Positions 1-9,061 of a stretch of DNA of 64,000 nt are shown here, in pieces (the first letter of the stretch is position 1; each line of letters opens with the position of its first letter). Below the pieces are notes generated by a model, which did no database searches, had not been told where the DNA came from, and saw only the letters and a program-made list of their open reading frames with translations. The stretch spans positions 1 to 64,000 of the forward strand of contig JBMFRX010000006.1 in the NCBI GenBank assembly GCA_049967855.1, in the 5' to 3' direction. Origin of the DNA: Caldisericaceae bacterium (GTDB taxonomy: Bacteria; Caldisericota; Caldisericia; Caldisericales; Caldisericaceae). The position numbers were made by a program, and so were the translations under genes.

Positions 1-143
1 CCTATCTTTGAAAGGTACCTTGCAAACAGTGTAAGCCTTGCCCTGTCGGATAGTGTATCTGATGTTTTCTCAATACTATCTATCCTTACCTCATAGGCCT
101 CTTTCATCTGTTTGGATTTTTTTTCATTTTTGATTATTGTTAT
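1..143 (-). mobile_element. 5' part of probable IS1380-family transposase (runs off window start)
   Basis: Minus frame reads ITIIKNEKKSKQMKEAYEVRIDSIEKTSDTLSDRARLTLFARYLSKI (ATG at 107; ATA at 143 after GAGGTG). Resembles the IS1380-type N-terminus (...T.D.L...AGL.LF.RYL). Only about 47 codons are visible. Confidence 0.45.
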
Positions 144-303
144 ATCACCTCAATATGATAGTGCTTCATCACCCAGTAAGTGAAGGCACTATCTTTTTTA
201 ATATGTGCTCAAATTCTACATCAAATCTCTGTTTTACCCAAGAAAAATACGAGGAAAATTTGGAGAATCGCTCAGATTAGGTATAAATTAGCACACCAAT
301 ATC

Positions 304-3300
304 CTACGGCCAGTAGTAGATTGTTATTGTTTGAGTTTTATCGTCCCAGTTTACTGAGGCACCAAGATGCTCTGAAACAAATCTCAAAGGTATGTATGTT
401 CTGCCGTTTATAATCTGTGGTGCAACATCAAGAGGTGCCTTAGAGCCATCAACAAGGGCAGTGGTTTTGCCTATCCAGAGAATCATTGAATGACCGTTTA
501 AGGTTATTGTTACTTTTTGTTCTTTTGCATTCCATTCAACTGTACCACCAAGAGATTCAATGAGTATTCTTATAGGAAGAAGGGTTCTACCGTTCTTTAT
601 GATGGGTTTACTTCCTTGGGCATCTATCTTCTTCGAAGTGCCGTTTACTGTAATGGTTGGATCACCTATCTTAAGGACAACCATATAGGATTGTCTTGGT
701 TGAGGTTGAACGTAGGAGACGGTAAATGATTTAGTAGATTTATTGCCTACCTTATCCACTGCTTCAATTGTTATGGTATTTGCGCCAGATGAAAGTGTAA
801 GTTTTGTCTCAAAGTTACCTTCAAGAGTTGGGATAACAGGATTGCCATTTACTGTAAGTGATTGAATACCTGTTACCTGGTCAAAGGCAGTACCTTTTAC
901 TGTAAGTTCCTGTGAAGATACTGTCTCAGGGAGTGTTACATCAATCACTGGTGGTTTTGTATCTACAGTTACTTTGAACGATTTTGTGGTGTAGTTACCT
1001 GATGGGTCGTATACCGTAACTTCAACAGTGTTTGCTCCTTCTGAAAGGTATATTGTTGGGTCAAGGTTGTTCTTATCAATCTGCACTACACCATTTACTT
1101 TAACAACCATTCTTGAAATTACACCTGAATCATCGGTTGCAGAGACTGTGAAGGTAAAAGTGCTTTGATTTGTTGTGATTGTTGCATTAGGTAGATTAAG
1201 GTCAACACCTGAGATTGTAGGAAGGATTAACGTTGGTGGAGTAGTGTCAGGGATAAGAACAAACTCAGCAGAGATTGTGTGGTTGGAAATTACATTGCTA
1301 AATGTATAAGTCATTGTAATTGGATTTGTAATTCTTATAGGTGAACCATCAACAAGCACTCTTGCAATCATAAACTTTGGATCTGCTTTGATGGTAAAAG
1401 TCTTGGAGTCGCCGTAATTTACAGTTACACTGCCAGATGGAGTTATTGAGCCACCAAAACCTGTTGAGGCAGTGATAGTATAGGTAAACTTGCTTGTATC
1501 AACAATCACCTCGTTTGAAGCCCAGGAATAATTTGGAGGCGATTGGTTATCGAAAGCCTCCACATAATAGTAATATTTTTCCCCTATCGTAACACTTGTA
1601 TCAGTATACATAGTTGTCCCTGCACTAACTGTTGCAATTAGTGAGGGCCATCCCTCACCTTCTAAAGTCCCTCTATAAATTTCATAGCCAGAAATGGAAA
1701 ACGTATTGGGAATTGTAGAAGTCCATTCTAATATAACCGATGAGTGGTTTAGCTCTGCTTTAAGGTTTATGGGAGGCAAAGGTTCACTATCCGTTGAGCC
1801 CTCAACATCCGGTGTTATGTAATAATCAACCGTTCCATTGCCATCGTAATCAACTTCTAAGGTAAAATCAACACTTCCTGGCTCGATTGTCGAAGAAACA
1901 AGCTTGGTATTAGTATCAATATTAACATCTTTAAAAACTGATGCTACCACTCCATTATCTTTACCTAAATAAGCTGACTCCATGGTGAAGGTTCCTGCTG
2001 AGTATGCATTAAGTTCTATTGTATACGACAAATTTCCTGGCAAACAGAAATTCTTTTCGTCATCTATGACCTGGACTTCTGCATTGGGTATCTCATTGTG
2101 CCCCTGACTATCTATTACCCTTCCATACTGATCTTTGACTGTTGTATTAATTGGACAATGAATAGTGAGCACCCAAAGCCCTGGCCAACCAAACGCTCTT
2201 TCTAAAACGAATCTATGTCCAAAGGTCATCGAGGGGTTATATGGAGCGCTAACACCACCACTGCCTGAAAATGAGTTGTCGTGGATGAGTGACTTAACAA
2301 GATCGGATATTTCTTTAGTCTTCATAAGACCTATATGATCTGTATAATAAACATCAATATTACCTTTTGCTTCTCTTAATTTAACTTCGTTTGAAAGTAC
2401 CAGAACATCCCAAGGGAAAGAACTTACAACTTTATCTGTAGAATCAAGATAAACAGGTACCCTACCTGCAATTGTATAGTAATCTACATCGACATCACGA
2501 CCGCTTATTCCAGAATTTAACGTATTTAGAAAATGACTTTTAATAGCCATATTATCAACTGGTTTAAGCAAGCGAAATTGATTTAAAAAGGGTCCCCAGA
2601 ATAACCCAAATCCTCCTAATCGCCACCACCCTAATTGCGAGACTAGTAAACTTGCAAAGACATATGTCCCCACAAGTGCTATAAAAAGCCCGTGATTTGG
2701 TGTACCAAGCATAATCAATTCATTTACATCTCCATGGTAGTAATCATCGCTATGATCATGGTCATCTTGTAGCAAGTGGCTAAAATCCCTGCTTTCTATA
2801 TACCTTCTTGCAACAAGCCCGCCCATACTGTGAGCAACAATATCTATGGATACGTTCCCCTTGCTTTTTATATAATCAATCTCTTCAGGCAATTTTCGAG
2901 CATAATCAGAGATACCTGTCCCTACTGTGGGCGATAGCTCGTTATCTCCTGTAAGACCGAGGTCGTCTCCTGGATAATTGCTTATGTAAACATCGCATGC
3001 ATCGGGGTCACTTGAATAATTAGGCACAACGTGAAAGAATTTGTGAGAAATTTGAGTTTCATCTTCTCTAGGTACTAACGGACGGTGCTGATGAGCGACT
3101 TCTACGTCAGGCTCACCAGTAACTTTGACATATCCTGCTAACCATGCTGCCATATCACCAGTTACATTCCAGAGTATATAGGGTTTCCACTCAAAACCGT
3201 GTACGATAAGAACAGCTTTTTGAGGTGTTATTATTGTAGGCTTATTAATCGTTAGAGGATAAAAAATTCTATCATTGTCCTTTTGGAACTCTGCTACATT

Positions 3301-3434
3301 TTACTATCAAAGGCTTCTTTAAAGCTACTTTCACTTTTTCCTGTAGATAGAGCACTTATAGAATTGCCAAGAGGGTTAAAAGACAGCAAAAAAATGATAA
3401 ACAGAATAACTGCTACTTTTATTCTTTTTTTCAT
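304..3434 (-). pseudogene. Frameshifted secreted alpha/beta-hydrolase (lipase/PGAP1-like) with FN3, Ig-like/B-repeat and C-terminal Cu-amine-oxidase-N-like domains
   Basis: SD AGGAGGTG plus ATG at 3434 gives a signal peptide (MKKRIKVAVILFIIFLLSF...) that stops at TAG 3294-3296. The 949-aa frame stays open upstream to 3300 and contains AVLIVHG, then AHSMGG and GTPNHG. The C-terminus has GRTLLPIR...GRTYIPLRFVSE. One extra A in the A4 run at 3299-3302 joins the two frames. Confidence 0.75.
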
Positions 3435-3446
3435 ATTATTCACCTC

Positions 3447-4907
3447 CTATCTTCCTTTACAAATTGTTCTTACATGCACATTCCTGATTTTGATGACTTC
3501 TGGAGAAAAGGGAATAGTTTCAAATGTTGCATCAGATGAAACCAAACGGAGTATTTTTTCATCAAGTTTAACTAAAGAGATGTCCGGTGAACACTCCTGA
3601 AGATAAGGCCCAAAAGAGTCACCGCACTTTCCTCCAATGTTTCCATCTTTATCAAATTTTGCTACAATGATATCTGAATTTCCAACATCAAAATTGAGAA
3701 GGCTAAAATTACTAAAACACTCAGTTCCTCCAGTAACAATAAATCCACCATCGGCTGTTGAAGAAAGACCTGAGTGGTAATTGACTGATTCACATCCTGA
3801 ACCAAATGTCTTTGCCCATTTGATGCTTCCTTTCTCATCAGCTTTAAGCACAAATAATCTATCTTTAGATGTTGTTCCTAAAATAACGAAATTACCATCT
3901 GCTGTTTTGATAATAGATTTAATAAAACCGATTTTAGTATTGTGTGCATAAGTTTTAGCCCACAAAACCTCTCCATCCTTATTAATCCTTATTAGAAGTG
4001 AAGCACTAGAATTCTTAAGACCTTGCTTCTCGTAACTACCACATACAATAGCTCCTCCATCCTCCGTAGGAGCACATGAAGATGCAATGCCACCTTCTAA
4101 TATTTTAGACCATTCAACTTTTCCATTTGGGCTGAGCTTCATAACAAAGAGATCATGGTAATTTAGCATCATTTTTACTGTGAGAAATCCACTATCTACA
4201 GTTTGAGAGGTATAGTCAAAAAGATCAACACTGTTCCCCTCGAATGCTTTTACCCACTCAATTTCACCATCCTTGTCAATTTTAATAATGATGGGATAAA
4301 ATACATCAAGAGAACCCATATAATCCTGTGGCCCACCGTACCACCAGAATCCGCCAGAAAGTACAAATCCACCATCAATAGTTTGAGAAATTGACCCTAA
4401 GAGTAGATCAGAAGTAAGTTTTGATTCATCAAGACCTGCAAAGTCAAACCATTCAGTTTTTATCCTACCATATGACTTTGACCATTTCATGTTTCCATCC
4501 AAATCAATTTTTACTAAGAAGAGATTTCGATCTGATTTTCTTGAGTAAGTCTCCCCTGCAATTAGGTAGCAATTATCGTTTGTCTTTATAAGGCAAGTTG
4601 GTTCACCCTCAGACTTTCCAAATTGCTTTGCCCAGATTACACTTCCTTTTGGAGTAAGTCTCATAACTAAAAAAGTTCCATTCTGGTCCCCAGAGGTAAC
4701 CCCTGTAACAATATACCCTTTATCAGGCGTTTGAACAACACCGTAACCCTCATCTAAGTTAGCAGCAAGTATAGAATAGTCAATGTCATAATCCTTTGCC
4801 CAGCTTGAAGAACTTACAAATAGATCTGTTTTAATCAGCCTGTAGCCTGCTAGGAAGATGAAGATTGCTACTAATGCAATCAAAACTGCTTTCATTCCTT
4901 TTTTCAT
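3447..4907 (-). CDS. Exported beta-propeller repeat protein
   Basis: N-terminal signal/anchor and repeated T.DGG(F/Y)IV.G...KxDxxGxxxW(A/S)K units. Its TAG stop overlaps the SD of the next gene. Confidence 0.75.
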   Translation of the reverse strand: MKKGMKAVLIALVAIFIFLAGYRLIKTDLFVSSSSWAKDYDIDYSILAANLDEGYGVVQTPDKGYIVTGVTSGDQNGTFLVMRLTPKGSVIWAKQFGKSEGEPTCLIKTNDNCYLIAGETYSRKSDRNLFLVKIDLDGNMKWSKSYGRIKTEWFDFAGLDESKLTSDLLLGSISQTIDGGFVLSGGFWWYGGPQDYMGSLDVFYPIIIKIDKDGEIEWVKAFEGNSVDLFDYTSQTVDSGFLTVKMMLNYHDLFVMKLSPNGKVEWSKILEGGIASSCAPTEDGGAIVCGSYEKQGLKNSSASLLIRINKDGEVLWAKTYAHNTKIGFIKSIIKTADGNFVILGTTSKDRLFVLKADEKGSIKWAKTFGSGCESVNYHSGLSSTADGGFIVTGGTECFSNFSLLNFDVGNSDIIVAKFDKDGNIGGKCGDSFGPYLQECSPDISLVKLDEKILRLVSSDATFETIPFSPEVIKIRNVHVRTICKGR

Positions 4908-4957
4908 ATCTGACTCCTGTGATTTTTACCTAAATTGAGCGATTTTTTATCACTCAA

Positions 4958-4988
4958 TAAAAATTTATCCCTTTTGAAAAATTTGTCA
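4958..4988 (-). promoter_or_regulatory. sigma70-type promoter for the beta-propeller/hydrolase operon
   Basis: Minus strand TTGACA...TAAAAT upstream of ATG 4907. Confidence 0.55.
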
Positions 4989-5203
4989 AGTATAAAAATT
5001 CTACTATATAAATCTTTTTTTCTCTTTTGGGGGCTCAAACATTTTTTGCGAGGCGTGCCCTCTAAGTTACCGCCTTCAAGGCGGTGTAGTAGCAGACGGT
5101 CAGCCTGCCAATTGTTGACAGCCGCACGTCGAGCTACTGATAAAAGGGTGGGTGGGGTATTTGTCTCTGCCCAGGGCTCAAGTCAAACCCGAATAACTCC
5201 AAC

Positions 5204-5234
5204 AAAAAAAGAGGTGGATTTCTCCCCCCTCTTT
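5204..5234 (-). terminator. Rho-independent terminator after an orphan gene fragment
   Basis: Minus strand AAAGAGGGGGGA-GAAA-TCCACCTCTTT hairpin running into a T tract. Confidence 0.6.
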
Positions 5235-5344
5235 CTAATCTTTCAATCCTCCGCTGATCGGCAAGCCGTGAAAGCCAACTTCAAGAAGAGGATTGTGCGG
5301 GTCAACTTCCTGAAGCATATTCCTGTAGTAGTGCCACTTGTGAA
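5235..5344 (-). pseudogene. 3' fragment of an unidentified gene, truncated at the IS end
   Basis: Open frame HKWHYYRNMLQEVDPHNPLLEVGFHGLPISGGLKD* runs from the IS boundary to a TAG directly followed by a terminator. Confidence 0.45.
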
Positions 5345-7181
5345 GAGGTCTCTGAAAAAGTCCTTGTATCTCCTCATTTATATATCGAGTTTTTCAAAAT
5401 TTTAGTTTAACATTCTATTCTAAGATTCAACTTTTCAACTTTTTCACATTTCTTTTTTCATTTTTTATGTTTCTCACTCTAATTATCCTTTCTCTAAAGC
5501 TAAACTGCTACAATTAGGCACTTTGTAAAAGCCTTCTTTAAGGATCTTTACCATTATCTTTATGTTTACAACAATGAAGGTCATGAGAACCTGTATTGCT
5601 ACTCTCCACTTCCCTCTGTACCGAGCTCTCCTCAATCCATGCCACTTCTTTGCTTCACCAAACTTTCTTTCAATATCTTTTCTCTTCTTTAAGGCTTCAT
5701 TGTAATACTCATCTCTATTAACTGCCCTAAGTTTTAGATCATCACTTACAAATAAACGACACCTGTCTATTTTGTACCACTTGCACTTGTTCATGCAGGC
5801 TCTGCATATTTTTGGATTGAAGTTGTACAGTGCTCCATTTTCCTGCCTACACCTTCCGCTTTTAGCGATATTGCCGTAAGGACAGGTAATGGTATCTTTC
5901 TTTGGGTCATAAATAAAGCCTTCTTCATCTCTTTCTTTTCTTCTTGGAGGGATGTATGCCTTCAAGCCTAACCCATGTATGAATACTCTATTTTTGAGAG
6001 AGTCATAGAGGGAATCTGCTGTAAGTGCAGTTGCTTCTATCCCTTTTGCTTGTTCTTTTTCAAGTAGCCTGGGTAAATCTGTACTTTCACTTTCCTGCCC
6101 ATGGAGAAGATTTACAGAAGTAATGATACCGCTCTCATCCATGGCAACATGAGCTTTGTAACCTACAAACTTTTTACTATCGCTCTTTGCTCCAAAGCGC
6201 ACATCTGTGTCTGTGAAGGAAACAATGTGTTTCTCTTGAGATAAACGCTGGGGTTGACCATCTTTATCACTATTTTCATCTTTGTTTACGCTTTCGCCTT
6301 CGTTATTATTGTCATTTTTGTTATTCCCATGTTCACAGAGCTCATTAAGAATATTGAGAAGGTCTTCTACATCGTCTCCATATTGTCCCTTTATACTTTT
6401 AATAAATGCTTTTGTCTTCGATATCTCTTCCTTTACTTCTTGAGGTGATGGTTTTCCATGGAGCCTTTCTTCGTTTATATAATCTGAAAAGTTATCGTAA
6501 GCATTTTTTTCAACTTTTGCTATTCTCTTTATGGTTATCTTCCTTCCCTGTCTTAAGAGGTTCACTCTGTTAGGGACAGATACATCTCCATCTATTGCTG
6601 TGGCATCGGCAATCTTCAATCCTTCGATAAGAAAATTCTTATCTTTACAAGTCTCAATTATTCTGTTAAACAATCTCTCAAAACGTTCACTGCCGCACCT
6701 CTTTCTGAACACAACAAGCGTTGTATCGTCGGGTATTTCCTCATCAATTGATAGATCTATGAAGTAGCGGTAGAGGATGTTAACCTGACACTCTTTAACA
6801 ACCTCTACATCAGACAAGTTGTAGTAAAATTCAAGGAAGAGCATTTTAAACAAAACCTCTGGCGGATAAGCAGGCCTTCCATTTTTCGTGTCGTATAGGT
6901 CCTTAAGCTCTTCTTCAACAAAAGAGAAATCTATTTCTTTTTTGATGTCAAGGAGTATATGCTTCTTGGGTAAAAGATTATCAAAGACATAGCTATCAAA
7001 GAAATTGGCATTTTTGTTCTGTTTCCCTATCATTCTCTACCTCCAATATTGTCATTTATTTCTGATGTAATTCTACTATGAATACAAGAAAAATCAATAC
7101 AAAATGCTTCTTTTACTAAGATTTTCTGAAAGATTTTCACTCAACTAATTAAATCGAATAGGAGGGTTTTTCAGAGACCTC
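5345..7181 (-). mobile_element. IS1182-family insertion sequence
   Basis: Perfect 15-bp terminal IRs, GAGGTCTCTGAAAAA (5345-5359) and TTTTTCAGAGACCTC (7167-7181), enclose a single transposase. Confidence 0.9.
5483..7033 (-). CDS. IS1182-family DDE transposase
   Basis: GRPAYPPEVLFKML, IPDDTTLVVFRKR, IADAT, GYKAH, ADSLY, CPYG...C..C and IERKFGEAKKWHGLRRARYRG motifs. Confidence 0.92.
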   Translation of the reverse strand: MIGKQNKNANFFDSYVFDNLLPKKHILLDIKKEIDFSFVEEELKDLYDTKNGRPAYPPEVLFKMLFLEFYYNLSDVEVVKECQVNILYRYFIDLSIDEEIPDDTTLVVFRKRCGSERFERLFNRIIETCKDKNFLIEGLKIADATAIDGDVSVPNRVNLLRQGRKITIKRIAKVEKNAYDNFSDYINEERLHGKPSPQEVKEEISKTKAFIKSIKGQYGDDVEDLLNILNELCEHGNNKNDNNNEGESVNKDENSDKDGQPQRLSQEKHIVSFTDTDVRFGAKSDSKKFVGYKAHVAMDESGIITSVNLLHGQESESTDLPRLLEKEQAKGIEATALTADSLYDSLKNRVFIHGLGLKAYIPPRRKERDEEGFIYDPKKDTITCPYGNIAKSGRCRQENGALYNFNPKICRACMNKCKWYKIDRCRLFVSDDLKLRAVNRDEYYNEALKKRKDIERKFGEAKKWHGLRRARYRGKWRVAIQVLMTFIVVNIKIMVKILKEGFYKVPNCSSLALEKG

Positions 7182-7228
7182 CATACAAAGTCTTGACTTT
7201 TATGTAAAAAATGTTATTATCTTTTGCA

Positions 7229-8227
7229 ATGAATACTGGAATACCTTTAAGTTTAATAGTTTTTTTCTTTTTTGTGCTTATTTTTCAGCTAATAATGGGT
7301 GCTAATGATGGCGGAGTGTTGTTGGGATCTATTATCTCCTCCAATTTTATCCATCCTGCTTTGGCTGTTTTGTTGCTATTCGGTTCTCTTTTTGTGGCGC
7401 CCTTTATCTTTGGCACTGCAGTCGTGAAGACACTTGGAACTAAAATCTTTCCGCTTGAATATATGACTTTCCCTATATTGTACGGAGCCTTGATAGCAAC
7501 ACTTCTCTGGGTGGTCTTCGCGCAACGAATTAAATATCCAGTGAGCATTTCTTACACCTTTGTAGGGGCACTTGTGGGTGGCTCACTTGCCTCTAAGCAC
7601 TATTCCCACTTGAACTGGACAGAGGCGCTTAAGGTATTTGGTGGGCTTATTGCTTCTATAATCATAAGTTTCATTTTGGGTTATCTTATAGTAAAGCTCT
7701 TGAACTGGTTTCTAAGGTTTGCCACTCCTAAGGTGTCTCCAGTTTTTAAGGCGCTTCAAGTTTTGACTTCGATACTGCTTGTAATGGGTTATGGAGCCAA
7801 TGATGCCGAGAAAGCGCTTAGCCTTGTTTATATGGCGACATATATAACAAAGTCTTCTTTGAATCCAAACCCTGGCAACCCACTCGTTGTTTTTGTGCTT
7901 GCAATTATATTTGTAATAGGTACAATGCTTTTTGGTGCTAATTCACTTACGACGTCTGGCTTCAGGCTTATGAAGAGCAACCCAAAACAAGTGTTTCTTG
8001 CGCAGGGCATTACTTCGCTCACGGTGCTTGCTTTTGCAAGAATCGGCCTCCCGATAAGCAGTACTGAGACTCTCAATATGGGCGTTGTTGGAATAGGTTA
8101 TTCTGAAAAACCATACTCTGTTAAGTGGAATGTGGTTAAAAATCTTTTATTAACCTGGGTTGTTACTGTTCCAATGTCGATTATTCTGTCGGCGGCAGTA
8201 ACTTTTATTTTAGAGAAAATTATATAG
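7229..8227 (+). CDS. PiT-family inorganic phosphate transporter
   Basis: Two GAND signature motifs and many TM segments. Start moved to ATG 7229 because 7211 lies inside the promoter (TTGACT 7193, TGnTATTAT 7212-7220). Confidence 0.88.
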   Translation: MNTGIPLSLIVFFFFVLIFQLIMGANDGGVLLGSIISSNFIHPALAVLLLFGSLFVAPFIFGTAVVKTLGTKIFPLEYMTFPILYGALIATLLWVVFAQRIKYPVSISYTFVGALVGGSLASKHYSHLNWTEALKVFGGLIASIIISFILGYLIVKLLNWFLRFATPKVSPVFKALQVLTSILLVMGYGANDAEKALSLVYMATYITKSSLNPNPGNPLVVFVLAIIFVIGTMLFGANSLTTSGFRLMKSNPKQVFLAQGITSLTVLAFARIGLPISSTETLNMGVVGIGYSEKPYSVKWNVVKNLLLTWVVTVPMSIILSAAVTFILEKII

Positions 8228-8250
8228 AATATAGTAAAATATAATAGGAG

Positions 8251-8901
8251 TTGATTGATATGAAAGTATGGGAAACAATGTTTAAAAAGGGAGATGCCTT
8301 TCAAAATCTTTTGAAGGAGCAAGCCCAGATAACTGTTAACGGAGTGAATGTTTTGAATGAGTTTATGGGTATAGATGATAGCATTCCTGATAAAGAAGTG
8401 CTCAGGCATAATCTTAAAATCAAAATCAAAAGCGTGGAAGAAGACGGAGACAGAGCAAGAAGAGAGCTAATAAACGAGCTGGTAAAGAACCTTATTACTC
8501 CGCTTGATAGGCAAGACTTGTTTACTCTTTCTAATGTCATTGATGAGATACTTGATTATTCCTTAAGCACTGTTGAGGAAATGGTTGTTTACAACCTGAA
8601 CCCGAATTTCTACCTGAAGAAAATGATAGAGAAGTTGTCGCGAGGTGTTGTTCATCTTAATTATGCTGTATCAAATTTATTTGTTGACAAGAATCTTGCA
8701 AATACAAATGTAATTGCGGCTAAGGTTATAGAGAATGAAATTGAGGAAACCTACAGAGAAGCTCTTGCAAATCTGTTTGAGAACGAGGATTTTCACTATA
8801 TATTTAAGATGCGTGAAGTTTTCAGGCATATAAGCAATTCGGCTGACAGGATTTCTGAAGCAGCTGACATTATTGGCAATATCATAATAAAGGAAGTTTA
8901 A
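8251..8901 (+). CDS. DUF47 / PhoU-like phosphate transport regulator
   Basis: E..GD..RR..I..L...ITPLDRQD motif; adjacent to PiT. Confidence 0.88.
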   Translation: MIDMKVWETMFKKGDAFQNLLKEQAQITVNGVNVLNEFMGIDDSIPDKEVLRHNLKIKIKSVEEDGDRARRELINELVKNLITPLDRQDLFTLSNVIDEILDYSLSTVEEMVVYNLNPNFYLKKMIEKLSRGVVHLNYAVSNLFVDKNLANTNVIAAKVIENEIEETYREALANLFENEDFHYIFKMREVFRHISNSADRISEAADIIGNIIIKEV

Positions 8902-8968
8902 TTTTCTAAGATTAGTATAAGTAAAACTCTTGACAAAAACTGTAATTTCTGTATAAATGTATAAGTGT

Positions 8969-9043
8969 GGGCGGTTAGTTCAGAGGTAGAACGCTTCGTT
9001 GACACCGAAGAGGTCAGTGGTTCGATTCCACTATCGCCCACCA
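8969..9043 (+). tRNA. tRNA-Val(GAC)
   Basis: Acceptor GGGCGGT/ATCGCCC-A-CCA, anticodon arm CTTCG-TT GAC AC-CGAAG, GTTCGA T-loop; TTGACA/TATAAA promoter at 8930-8957. Confidence 0.96.
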
Positions 9044-9061
9044 TCTATAAGGGAGGGTAAA

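Noticed and set aside
4935..5405. 156-aa plus-strand ORF
   Set aside because: It crosses a promoter, a structured element, a terminator and the IS IR, and has an unprotein-like composition.
8999..9061. N-terminal extension of ThrS (MTPKRSVV...)
   Set aside because: It lies inside tRNA-Val; the SD supports ATG 9062.
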